Notes under the pieces: model-generated | Database searches by the model: none | What the model was told of the DNA's origin: nothing | Seen by the model: the letters and a program-made list of their open reading frames with translations, nothing else | Program-made: the position numbers and the translations under genes | Shown here: piece by piece, positions 1 through 13,600 of the stretch | How positions within the stretch are numbered: position 1 is the stretch's first letter | Layout: each line of letters starts with the position of its first letter | NCBI GenBank assembly: GCA_964035545.1 | Contig: OZ037771.1 | Location: forward strand, 10,668,480 to 10,732,479 | DNA: 64,000 nucleotides | Direction: 5' to 3' | DNA from: Bugula neritina | Lineage: Eukaryota; Animalia; Bryozoa

Positions 1-141
1 TTCCATGGTCTTATTGCCTTGAAATCAATTTGAGTTCAAGCTCTACAGACCGACCAGCTCAGGACAAATGAGATCGAACTTTGACGTCTTTTCATGGATT
101 GATCTCCGCAAGATCGATCTGAGATCGATCCATGGAAAGCC
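1..141. mobile_element. End of a small non-autonomous DNA element (GATCGATC-rich terminus)
   Basis: Ends in gatcgatctgagatcgatccatggaaagcc. A reverse-complement match (ggctttccatgtatcgatctgag) occurs near 46911. No coding capacity seen. Confidence 0.35.
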
Positions 142-637
142 GCTGAATGTTGTTATTAGTTTTCTCTATTTTGTTCAAAAACATTTCCAATATATTTTAG
201 CTTTTAGGTCTCAAGTGCTGGAGTAAAACAGATTTTATTAGCCCTTAATACTGGCAATTTCAGTGCGCTTAACTTCCAAGTTTTAAGTGAGAAAAGGTTC
301 CAATAAAAATATGTATTATTGTGTGTTGGCTTACGGAATACTGTAGCTTCCACTGAGCTGTTATGTCGCAAAATTTGTAACATCCAAAAGAGAAAGTGAT
401 TTATTGGTTTCTACTTCGTGGGTAAGTTTTATGTTAGGATGGAAAATATTAAGTGTGTTGAGTGTTGTGTTAATATAATCAGGGTCTATTGTTGCAAATG
501 TATCATCCATGTATCTTACCCAAGGTGAGATTGAATTCAATTTTGGTATTAGTTTTTATTCCAGCTTTGTCATAAATATATTGACAATTTTTGGTCCCAG
601 AGAAAATCTCATAGCAACCCCATCCGTCTGTGTATAA

Positions 638-1260
638 ATGATGTCGTTGAAAGAATACCTACACAACATAATTTACAAAAGAACCTACCCTGAAGCGTCG
701 TGTCAACAAACCTATATAGGTGAAACCGAGCATCGCCTATCACACAAAATAAATGAACATTGCCATGGCCTAAATTCGAAAATATATCTCTACGAAAGCA
801 TATCAATAGACAACGTAACAGTTCTGAATCAGTCATTTAAAGGAATCCACCATCGAAAGTTAGCCGAAGCTCTCTATATTAAACAAACAAAACGTCAACT
901 TAATAAACAAAATTACTTCATACCACTAAAACTATACTAACAAGTTCTATAACAATTAAGTTTTACACTACTCAACCTTTACATACTTTTCATAGCTAAT
1001 CCATGTTGTTTTTACGTTCAGATATTTATATTTTGTCAACTAACCCATTTTTATGCAAAAAAATTAGTATAATTTTTGACTCATGTAATATAAATAACAA
1101 GATTATTTTTCTCAGTTTAAATAATTTAAAATATAACTGCCCCTCTCTATACTTTGTGTCATGCATAGTTTTTAATGTAACGTCACAACTTTTGAATTTT
1201 TATCAATCATTGTTACTCTGAAGATGGGAACAGTGGTGCCTGAAATATAATATTAGCTAA
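638..1260 (+). mobile_element. Penelope-like retroelement 3' fragment (GIY-YIG endonuclease remnant and downstream repeat region)
   Basis: ORF 638-940 has IIYK..C..TYIGET..RL..KINEH and RKLAEALYIK...LNKQ, the usual PLE GIY-YIG pattern. A hammerhead-like motif follows. Confidence 0.75.
1213..1260 (+). ncRNA. Degenerate minimal hammerhead ribozyme of PLE type
   Basis: ttact-CTGAAGA-t-gggaac-agtg-gtgcct-GAAA-tataatatt-agctaa: CUGANGA and GAAA core boxes, imperfect stem II, near-palindromic stem III, short imperfect stem I. Confidence 0.5.
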
Positions 1261-1383
1261 TTACTTTGCCTAATAAAGTAATAAAACTACAATGTCTCTG
1301 GTATACTTATTCATACACATACACATGCACACGCACACGCACCCATGCATTACACGGTATAAGTTTGACACTTTAGCTTTTAG

Positions 1384-1385
<2 letters not shown>

Positions 1386-1468
<83 letters not shown>
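1386..1468. repeat. Compound (CA)n(TA)n microsatellite
   Basis: Directly visible dinucleotide runs. Confidence 0.98.
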
Positions 1469-1472
<4 letters not shown>

Positions 1473-1600
1473 TAGTGTTGTATTATTTTATATTGAATTG
1501 AATTGTTGTATTACAAAAGATAAACTATGCATTCCAGCTTTTAGATACATTGTATTACACATAATGTAAACTACATGTATGTTGAAAGACAAACTCATAC

Positions 1601-4600
1601 TTTTATATGTAGCATGTGCCACTCTTTGATACAGCTTACGCTCTTCTATCCTTTTCAAGAGTTGTCTTGCCTCTTCTAATCTCGGATCATTGCTTTCTTT
1701 TATCTAAAAGTGTCTTTAAGGTATGTGCAGCTGAAACTAACCAGTAGTACTGTAACAAGGTTTCTGCTCCTGCATATCATAACATGGTATAATACTGCAT
1801 ACTGTGTATACTAATACTGTACTGTATATAACACTAGTATTGTACTGTGTATAATACTGATACTGTACTGTATATAATACTAATACTGTACTGTGTATAA
1901 TACTAATACTGTACTATGTATATAATACTGTACTGTGTATAATACTAATACTGTACTGTATATACTGTACTATGTATATAATACTGTACTGTGTATAATA
2001 CCAATACTGTACTGAGTACACTAATACTGTACTGTGTCTAATACTGTACTGTATATAATGCTAATACTGTACTGTGTCTAATACTGTACTGTATATAATG
2101 CTAATACTCTACTGTGTATAATACTAATACTGTACTGTGTATAATACTAATACTGTACTGTGTATAACACTGATACTGTACTGTGTCTAATAATAATACT
2201 GTACTGTGTATAATACTAATACTGTACTGTATATAATACTAATACTGTACTGTATATAATACTAATACTGTACTGTATATAATACTAATACTGTACTGTA
2301 TATAATACTAATACTGTACTGTGTATAATACTAATACTGTACTGTGTATAATACTAATACTGTACTGTATATAATACTAATACTGTACTGTATATAATAC
2401 TAATACTGTACTGTGTATACTAATACTGTACTGTATATAATACTAATACTGTACTGTGTATAATACTAATACTGTACTGTGTATAATACTAATACTGTAC
2501 TGTATATAATACTAATACTGTACTGTATATAATACTAATACTGTACTGTATATAATACTAATACTGTACTGTGTATACTAATGCTGTACTGTATATAATA
2601 CTGTACTGTATATCCTATGTTATTTGTGACAATATAATAATATTTTCAAACAACTGTGAAGATTTAAATGAGTATTGTGCCTTATTTTAGCAAACTGGTT
2701 GCTTTAGTGTAAGCAAAACTTTAAAGTTCTATTGAGTGAAAATGAAACTAATAATAATTACCATGTAGAATATACCATCATGGAGATTAGTGTAGGCCTC
2801 CATGTCATCCAAACACTCTACTATACTCTTGCCACAAATCTCCAATGAGTCTGATGCCATCACTATGGCATCCTCAACCATCAAAGCAACTCCTAAGGTC
2901 ACGGAATGCTGATAGGCTAAAATAGTATACTGTGTTAGATATTCAGTTTCCTTTAACAATTAAGTTTTCATTCAGTGATGCATTAGCTGTTAAAAATAAA
3001 CTTGTTGTGAAAGCTAAGAACTTTCTGTGTGAGGAAAGGGTGTGTGGAGAAAGGCTCTATGAATAAGGTTTGGGATTCCTTACTCATAGAAGTGACTGTA
3101 AACCTTATTTCATAACTGCAGGCAAGCATTAGCTAGCTTCTTGTCTTATATGTAATGACTATCTCCATCTTCTTGTCTTATATGTAATAAATATAAGTGG
3201 CAGAACTGTTTGTTACCCTTAAACCAGGGTGCCTAGGATTACCAAATGTACCAATTAAATCATGTATTAGTTTTAGTGAGCCAATATCATTCTAGATTAG
3301 ATATCCAGCAAAAAGAGTTATGTGCCTCAACCTAAAATTTATTAAAGAAATTCAAAGAACTTTGGCTATCACAATTTCACCACTGCTGCTCCTAAATGCT
3401 ATTTACTAGAGAATTATTGATAGCTGGGGTGGTACATGTTTTGTTCAACCTTCAGTGCACAGCTAGTGTTACAGTTGTTACTGTATTCTCTAGTGCAATA
3501 CTTGCATACACTTTTATATGTGTAGGTGATCTCAGTGGAAACAGATTGAGTTCCATGTTAATGGCTACTGTTTAGTTTATGGTTCCTTTTAGCATTCATA
3601 AAGTAAGTTATTTATTTTTGTCATTCATTCAATGGTATGAATATATAAGTAGCCATGTTGCTAAAACTACGATATTATCAATTTATGCAACTTTTTACTT
3701 GAATGCTTAATTTAGCTCAGCTATTTTTAAGTTAAATTTCCACTACTGTTCAGATATAGAAAGAAGATAATCCTACATTTGATGTTTAACCTTTTTGTAA
3801 AGTTGAAAAAAGTTACACCAGGCACCTACCTACAAGAAAGCAAGTTGCTTTGTAGGTATAATAAATCTATTAAATGCTAATACCACCTAATGTTATAATT
3901 TATACCCAGTACGCATATTGATAGCTTCATTAATTACAAATATATTAGGTGATGAGCGACTGACAACAGTAAACTCTTGCATATTCTCCAAACAGATTTA
4001 AGATTTAAACCAAACTATTGTAGTCAGTCTGGAAAATATCTAAAATCTTACACAACTAGTCATTTAAGCTACTTGCAAAACCCTACAGTGCTTATTATCC
4101 ACTATAAAAATAAATAGGAAAAACCTAATTTTTGGAAAGTCAAATTAAAACTGATATTTATATTTTAGATATGCTAAAAAAAGGAAGCATGAACACGGTT
4201 TTAAGTATTAATAGAACTGGTAAAAGTGCAGATGCTCAACGAGCATATTCAACAAGAATGCATTGAATTTTGTTTATTACCTGCAACTATTCTAGTTTAA
4301 ATTTTGATATGGTTTGAGTATATTCTTACATATGTTATGTAAGTAAGTAGGCTAGTAATACTATTTTACTGCATATGCAGCATGTAATGTTTATATCTAT
4401 AATTTAATCACTGTATTGCTGCTGTAGTATATATTAAATATTAATAGAATAATGATATTAATTAGCAAGAGGTCTGTGATGTAGCAGACAGTGCACCTAA
4501 GCAACAGTAAGTCATAAATGTGAAGCATAACCTTTGAAGGTGTTTATTCCTGATAGAATTACAAATCTTGAATCAGCTGTACCTGTGTCATATAGTATGT

Positions 4601-7600
4601 TTTAGTAGTATTTGAAATAGCATTTTACTTGGTGGGGCAGTTATATTATTTACCAAAATTTAGCCTACTGAGATAGTTAAACTTGTCTTTGGACTAGTGA
4701 AATGATCAAACTTACTTTGACTTTAGTTTGGTGAGATAGTTGAACCTTCAATATACTTGGCTTGAAAACTATAGGATACTCAAGTTATTATCTAACTATG
4801 TGCTAGTCAAAACGATTGATAACAAAAACCATGATATTTTTTCTACTTTGCCATTACAGAAATTACTATTTCACCAAGCTACTGGACATTGTTTTTTGCC
4901 ATAGAAGGCATTATGACTGGCTTAACAATTGTAGCTTTGATGCCTGAAATCGGAAACCATTGACATGGCTGGAATAGCATTATACTATGATTATTTTCAA
5001 GTCAAGATGTATGCTTCATGCATCTGAAATTGGGGACATGCTTCAAAACAAAACCACCTGAATTAAACTTCATTGCTTCCAGTACACAAAGTCAATTGAA
5101 AAGCTCATAAATACAAAATGAAAACTGATGCAAAATCTTGTGATGTACTCATCTCTTAGTATTGATTAATAATTGAATAAGAAATTTAGTGAGTATACTG
5201 TATGTTGAAATGTTAACTCATTCTGAGGATGCAGAGATGTTTAACTATGAGGTGAGATTTATAAGTTAGTATAGCTGTGACCATTGTTTAAAGACCCGCT
5301 GGTCAGATAGAAGTTCTGATGTTTATATAAAGCAAATAAGTGTTATGTACCATGTTTATGCAGACTGTATCTTGTATAGTAGAGCTGATATATAGTGTCC
5401 ACCATCTTGTCCCTCACACAGATATGTGGCCTGCCTTTATCATCTTTGATAACTCTTGCGTAGTGCAGGATTCGTTTGTAGTCAAAACTATGCTTTAAAC
5501 CTGACAAATAAAATGTATGTTGCTTTTCTCCAATTTGCTACTTTCAATTTACCATGTAAACATCTAATGTAAAACACTTTATGAATTATAAAGACCTTAA
5601 AGTTATTTTTGTAGGCTAAAACTATGTGAAATCTAACAAATAAAGACCATAATCAGCCAAGTAAAGTCATTGAAGTAAGGTATTGCTTAACATGCAACTG
5701 TGAAAAATAAACTTGCAGGCAAAACTTGGAAATAAGTGAACAAGTTTTAAATTTTCTTAAAAGAAAACAAACAATTATATCTAAAACATAATAACAATTT
5801 TAAAAAAGCTTAATTAGAAGCTACAACGCTGCATTATGCAAATAAGTATTTTATAAAAAAGTGGTTCAACGACACCAAACTTACACATTATACAGTCACT
5901 CCATGTTGCAAGATGTTTTGGTGTTGATAGAATAAAAGTCCCAAATTATGTCAAAGCTTTTATGACGGAAAATACACCTAAATTTCTTGTTTAAAATTAG
6001 CATTATGCGAACCATTTAACCATCAACCTAGCACACGTAGCACACTTACCATCCCAGCACATGTAGTACTATACTTTCCACCCTAGCACATGTACTATAC
6101 TTACCATCCTATCACATGTAGTACTATACTTAACATCCTATCACATGTACTACACTTACCATCCTAGCACAAGTAGTATACTTACCATCCTATCACATGT
6201 GGTATAATCACCACCCTATCACATGTGGTACTATACTTAACATCCTATCACATGTAGTGTACTTACCATCCTAGCACATGTAGTATACTTACCATCCTAT
6301 CACATGTAGTGTACTTACCATCCTATCACATGTAGTATACTTACTATCCTAGCACATGTACTATACTTACCATCCTATCACATGTAGTACTATACTTACC
6401 ATCCTAGCACATGTAGTATACTTAAGTAGTATATGAAGCCTGTTTTCAACAAGTTACTTTTGCTAACATCTTTGCTCTTTAATTCTATAATAACTTTTCA
6501 GCAAGTTAACTTTTGTTTTATTGGTTGTTTGACAATCCTGTTTTTAACAAGTTACGTTTATTGCCACCTTGTTGTTCCTATTAGCATTTGAACTAGTTAA
6601 TTTTATGGCATTGGTCATCAGGGTAAGCTCTGCAAGTGTAATAACCACTCATAAAACTATCTTGTGTAGGGGTATAGCTTACAAAGCTGAATTATGCAAT
6701 TCACTATTCCTATTATGTTGTGTTAAGTTAAGCTTTATTAAATGCTAACTGCTCAACTTCACTTAATTTATTAAACCAAGGAGGCACCTAACTCTTTGAT
6801 TAAATCGAAGTAGTGGTATAAATAGAGTTATAGAAAGCTAACTGTGATTATATCTGTGTATTGGTATGCCACCAAACTTTGAAGCTTTCTTGCTTTATCA
6901 ATACTTTCATCAAAAGCTATTCTTAGCTGGCAGTGCTGTTACTATAATTCACTGCACAGCACAGGTCAGTGTGCTCTATTCAAGCAGCAGCAGAGGAATA
7001 TTTATTAACTTCTCTCTTCCAACAGACGGCTCACTATATTCACTACAACATTATATGTACACACAGTTCTATACTCTAACATTTACACTCTGAATAGACC
7101 ACTGGTTTTGACATTGGGATAACAAAAAATCTTATCTGTGCATCAATCTTGTAAGTTTCATTCGGATTACAATAGCTAATGTCTCTCTAACCTTTTGATT
7201 TATATTATTACTTACAACAGTTTATATAATTTCTATTTTTTCCATTATTTTTCCAGGGTACGATTTGATAGTCAATAAACTTAAGAACCTGTTGCCAAGT
7301 TGGCTAATAGATAAAGTATATCACAATCTAAGTCACCCAAACACTGTCACAAACCGATACAGTACCAAGATTGATGAGGCTGACATGGACCGACAAGCCA
7401 TAGTTAATCTCAAGAAGCAAGGTACTACTCTAAGGTCTAAGGTAACAATGCTAGCTAATCTCATATAATCAGCAATCTCTAGTAGCAGCTCTACACAAGT
7501 AGAGTGTCTGCAATCTCAGCTTGAATCTACATATCAAGAGTTTCTAACTATCCATTATGACTTTTCGGAATACGTTTCATCAGATGAGTCAATGGAAGAC

Positions 7601-10600
7601 ATTGCTTATGTTAATAAGATGAGTCCAGTAGAGTACCATCTAGCTGTAAAGGCTATTTATGACAAAACTCTTTCTGACTGCATAACTTGGCATAGCAAAT
7701 TCTATAAAATCAAGCGCAGCCTTATTTTAGCAATTAAGAAAGCCAATGGAATAATTACTGATTGTACTGACAACACTCTTCTCACTGAACATCATAGTAA
7801 ATGTGCAACTCTTTCGGAAATTTTGGTGGATACCATAGGTTTTTCTGATTTAATATTAGAACTAGACGAAGTTATTTTATCTTTAGATTATTGCATGTCT
7901 AAGTCTATTCCTATGTCAAGGGTTCAGTCACAGAGCATGAATTTTGAACACCATGAATCTGATCCGTCCGGTCCGGTCTTGTGGAGATGGGCATGAGTGG
8001 GGGCGCGGGTCATGCACCGACTATGGTCATGTTGGATTGGTTGTTTCCTTCTAGATCACACCCTAGCACACGTGAGGCTACTCTTGCATCAAATTCAGGT
8101 ATCACAGCAAACGGTAGTGACAGGCAGGTACTACGGGAAGATCATACATCCAGTGAAGCTTTGGCATCAAATCCAGGTGTCATAGCAATTTGCTAGCAGA
8201 GCATTTGCTAGCAGTTGAAGACCAAGAAAACATTGGGATGAAAAAGTATGGTAGTCAGGTTATAGAAAGCCTGCCTAAGTGTTCCAAATTCAAGTACTTG
8301 GGCACAATAATCCACCAAAAAGGAGGCTGCTGGAGGCAGCTTGAGTTGAGAATATCCAAGGCTTGGAATAAGTGGAGAGAGTTGTCTGGTGTGCTCTGTG
8401 ACAAAAAATGCCTACAAAACTGAAAGTGCTGATTTATAAAACAGCTATCAGACCAGTGCTGCTATATGGAAATGAGACATGGCCTATCACAAAATCTCTG
8501 GCGGGTAAGATGTCATCATGTGAGATGCGCATGCTGCGATACTGTTTAAACGTCAGTTTAAAAGATCATAGGCCAAATGAAGAAATAACAGCAGAAGCCA
8601 GAGTGATGCCGATTAAAGACCTGATGAGGAAGAGACGAATGCAGTGGTATGGGCATGTTAGAAGAAGAGAAAGTGAGGATGACATCTGGAGAGTGTCAGA
8701 GATGACAGTTGAAGGAGTTCGACCTAGGGGTAGACCGAAGCAAAGATGGTGTGATACAATAAACTCAGACCTTAGATGGCTTAATCTAGATGGTGCAGAT
8801 GCTGAAGATCGAGTTCGATGAAGAAGTCTGATATAACTTGGTATCAAGCAAAAACCCGCCACGCGCGCAGGACCACGCCGGTGAAAGGTGACCAATTTAA
8901 ATGTTGAATTGTAGAACATTCCCAAAATATTCATCTCAGAAAAAAAAGAAACTATTCTGAATATTTTATGATTCTTTTTACTGTTCTCTAAACATTTCCA
9001 TTGACTTGCAGGCATGATATATAAACAAATGCTTTTAAAGCATATATAGCTATCTGCTATGTTTGACATTTTTAGATCAGATATTGTTTAAAATTACAAA
9101 TTTAATCTATCTATTTTAATACATATTTTTATATCTGTAATAATATTTTTGGTAAGAATATTAAATAGTAGGGTGGCCTAGTTATTTTTATAGTATAGAT
9201 GTTTAAATACGTGAACATGTTAATACAAATGAGTCAGTGCCTTCATAAACGTACAGGCTTGTGTTCCAACCCATAATTTGGATCATTTGGATTTTAGTAA
9301 GACAGGGCTGACTAGTGTAGCTATATTGTGTGAGATGAGCATGCTATTATTGTCCTAAGAGTTGAAAAGTTAACAGTTCTAAACAGAGTGGTGACAGCCA
9401 GCAAAACAAATGATAATATGATAGCTGCCAGCTTCAGAATTGCTCAATTACCCAAAACCACAAATATGGTTTAAAGTTTTCTTTTTGTGAAATTTATCAA
9501 AAACACAAATTTTTAAAAAATTTCCAAAACTGCTAATATGTGTCTTATCCTAAAATATTAATCTCAGAAAAAATTAAACTCATACTAGTAATAGTCTTCA
9601 CTCAAACCTTATATTTCTACTAATTTCATGGGCCTTAATCTATATATCATGGAAACTGCCCTTCCGCCTGGTGGGAGGAGACTACTTCAAAATACAAATG
9701 CCCCTAGAAGGACATCTATTCATTACTTCTTCATCAATGTGAAGCGTAAAAGAATTCAACGAAGAGATAAGAAAGATATATTCTCGTGTTAGCTATGTCT
9801 TACATGTTTGGACATAGCTGTTTGGCAACAAAACCTAAACTAGATTTGTTCAACAATCTACCAACGCAAGCATCAATTGAAAATGGGTTTCATGCAGAAC
9901 ATATGCCAACAATATTGCTAACAGGTTCTGGACCCATTAAATTCTCTGTATCAGGAGATTCAAATTATTATATTGTGGTGGCTCGTAGAGCTACCAGCAA
10001 CACAATACGCAAGGTTGTGTATTGACCCGGAACGATGTACTAGCCAATTAGCTAAGCTGCTTATGAGTAATAGTAGCAGCTTCGCGCTACTAGCTCAGTT
10101 GAGGATAGTGCTGTAAATTAAATAGACGTGCGTATAATTACTGTTGTATATTAGATTTTATTATGTATTCTTGTATTCAAATATAACGATATCTACTCGA
10201 ATTATCTCGGTGAAGTTTCTCTAGTAATAAATAGACTCTCTTGGTTGCACATCGACCCTAAATCCGAAAATCATAACAGTGGTGGCAGCGGTGGGATAGT
10301 GTACATCAAAGATGGAGACTGAAAATGCTAGAATGCAACCACCCCCAGTAGAAGGTGAGCGTAGAAATGATGTTAACCCTGTGAATCGTGAGGGAGAAGA
10401 AGCTTATAGATATTGCTTGAAAGCTCCCATCCTTTACTGGGTCAGAAGATGTCGAACAGTTTATACAAGAATTTAGAGAGGTAATGGAGATTGCTCAATG
10501 GCCGCATAGAGTGGCCCTTATCCAATTGCGGAGAGCGTTGACGGAGCAAGCCAAGCCGTACGGAGTGGGAACGGACGTAAAAGGGATACTGGCTGCGCTG

Positions 10601-13600
10601 CGGGCCCGTTTTGGCATCTCCGAAATAGACGCTAGGACCAAGCTACAGAGATTGTGCTGCACCCCGCGGACCTCGCTGCAAGAACATGCCGCGACGGTGA
10701 AGAAGCTGGCACAGATTGCGTATAGTGACCTACCAGCGCAACACCAAGAGCGTTACACATACGACGCCTTTGTCCAGTCGCTAAACGACCTGGGCCTACA
10801 CCATCAACTTCGAGCTAAAGGGATAACCAGAATAGAGAATGCCCTGAAGGCTGGAGAAGCTTACCTGTTGGCTACCCAAATGCATCGAGCACAACGGAAC
10901 CCACCAGTAGTTGGAGTCAGTGCTGCCAGGGCTACAACAGGCCCCGAAGCTCCCCCGCTGGAAGCCGAAGTGGACCGTATGGTAGAGATGCTGGGACAAC
11001 TGGTAACAATTCTGGCCGGCGCTGGCCCCGGTCAGGCCCTGCGGGTGCCACCAACACCTGTGGGGCAGGGCTGGAGTAGTGCTGGTCAGGACCACGGACA
11101 GAAAGGACGACCCCAATACCAGGGGGCGTTAAACTGTCACGGCCCGCGGACACTCTCCCTCCCCGCGGGCCACAACTGAAGGAGTCTGGTGGGACACGCC
11201 GTCGTCTGTCCGTACGGACACGACGGAACACTCCCCCCGAGTGGCAGGTACCACGCAGGACTAGCAGGCCCGCGCAACGGCCAAGTACCTTCTCCATGCC
11301 ACTCGCCAACCGGTTCCACCGGTTACCTTGGGAAGAGGAGCCCGCCACTGAAATGGAGCCGGAAGGCCCAGTGGAGAGCCCCAAACCCCGCCGGCACCAA
11401 CCTCGCCGCCGGAAACCCCGTAAACCACGGGTGAAACCCCCGCCGTCCTATCAATTTAAGACAGCACATGCGGGGGGTGAAAGTACAACCACATGGAGAG
11501 AGCTATTTCCTACCCGGAAAGGTGGCCGGCAACGCCCTCACTTTCCTGCTCGACTCCGGTTGTACTACCAACCTTCTCAGTCGTAGAGTCTTTGAGGCAC
11601 TGCCCCGCCGGGACAGGGATAGAGTACGACCGTATACGGGGGAACATGGCACCCTGGCAAACGGGTCATGTATTCCCTTCTACGGTATTATCGAGCTCCC
11701 TGGGCGTGTCCGAGACCAGGCTGTACAGGAGACTTTTGTCATAAGCCAACTGGAGGAAGATGCTATCCTCGGAATGCCCTTCTTGAAGCAACACCAGTGT
11801 CGAATAGACTTCAGCAAGTCGGTGGTGCTGATGGGCGGGCGAGAACTCGCCTGTATGGATAAGTTTGGGCGTCCTCTGGTGGGCGGTGTTCAGGTAGTCC
11901 GAAACTGCACCGTGCCCGGACGCTCCAGAGCTACTATCCACTGCCGAGTGAACAGCAACCGGATAGCCAGGCTCGGGGTCGTTGAAGGCGCGCACGAAAG
12001 GATCCAACTCGCTAGTAGTTTAAACCGACTAACTGAGCGAGGGGAGGTCTTAGTGCAGTGTGTCAACCCCTTTACCGAGCCCATTGAGCTCCCAGCTGGG
12101 TCAATGCTGGGCCGGTTCCACTCCGTCCAGGAAGAGGACGTGGGCCCGTCGCTGGGTGACGCGACGGAGACACCCCCTCGACACCCTACTCAGGGGCGAG
12201 GGGCAGTCCCAACACATCTCCGAGAGTTATATGAAACAGCCTGTGGCGGCTGTGCGAGCAACAAGGAACGCCAAGCGATGGCGAAGTTGCTACGCGACTA
12301 CGGTGATGTGTTCAGCAGCGGAGATCATGACGTGGGGCTGACGGGAGTGGTCAGACACGAAATACCGCTGACTGCAGGGACAGTCCCTGTCCGGCAACCC
12401 ACACGCAGGCTGGGGCCGGAAAAAGAGAAGGAGGTTAGCCGACAAGTACGAGATCTTCTGGACCGCGGCCTCATAGAGCCCGCCCATAGTGCGTGGAGCT
12501 CACCGGTCGTACTGGTCCGGAAGTTGGCAGTTGGCGGTTCTGTGTGGATTACCGCAAACTCAATAACGTAACAATACAGGACGCCTACCCTCTACCTCGT
12601 ATTGACCAGTCATTGGACGCCCTAGCTGGCAGCAAGTACTTCAGTACGTTAGACTTGCTGAGTGGCTATTGGCAAGTCCCTCTGAGTCCCGACGCCCAGG
12701 AGAAAGCGGCGTTTATCACACGGGACGGGTTGTGGAAGTGGAAGGTGCTGCCCTTCGGGTTAACCTCCGCCCCAGCCACCTTCCAGAAGCTGATGGAGCA
12801 AGTCCTTAGCGGGCTCCATTGGAAGACACTGCTGGTCTACCTCGATGATGTCATCGTGATCTCCCCAGACTTCGAGACACATGTCAGTCGTCTGCAGGAG
12901 GTTTTCGAGAGACTCCGAGGTGCCGGTCTTAAGCTCAAACCTTCCAAGTGCGCTCTATTGCAGCCGGAGGTCAAGTACCTGGGGCACGTTGTCGGTCGGA
13001 ACGGCGTGGCAACGAATCCCGAAAAGGTACGGGCGATAGAAGACTGGGTCACCCCCCAAGACTTGACCGGACTCCGGGCTTTCTTGGGGCTGGTAGGGTA
13101 TTACAGGCAATACATACCGGACTTTGCGGGCATAGCCCAGCCGTTAAACCGGCTCACCGCAAAGGGAGTGACGTGGCAGTGGACCCCAGTCGAACAAGGA
13201 GCGTTCAACCGCCTCAAGGGCTGCCTGCTAACGACGCCCATCTTGGCCTACCCAGACCCCACTCTGGAGTACATCCTCGACACGGACGCCAGTGACCAAA
13301 ATGTTGGCGCTGTGTTGTCTCAAGTGCAAGAAGGCCAAGAGGTAGTAGTAGCCTACTACAGCAAGTCTCTCTTACCCGCTGAACGAAATTACTGCACTAC
13401 CCGCAAGAAGCTTCTGGCAGTAATCAAGTCAGTGAAGCACTTCAGACCATACTTATACGGCAGGAAGTTCCGGCTGCGTACGGATCATGCCTCGCTGATC
13501 TGGTTGTGCAAGAGAGCAGAGCCCTCCAGTCAGGTCGCCCGGTGGCTCGAAATCCTAGCTGAATTCTCCTACCGGATCGAACATCGACCGGGCAGGAGAC

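Noticed and set aside
335-357. Possible 23-nt next SAMHD1-like micro-exon (ag|CTCAGTGGAAGCTACAGTATTCC|gt on minus)
   Set aside because: Phase-compatible, but too short to support by homology.
1270-1501. ORFs rich in YIYI/HTHT/CVCV
   Set aside because: Translations of dinucleotide microsatellites (also 43468-43794 and 52711-52911).
1785-2612. Regular 23-bp repeats resembling a CRISPR array
   Set aside because: Head-to-tail units with no unique spacers, no cas genes and a eukaryotic intron context. The same applies to the arrays at 6040 and 53680.
10280-10297. tRNA gene
   Set aside because: Only an 18-nt complement of a tRNA 3' end (a PBS), with no cloverleaf.
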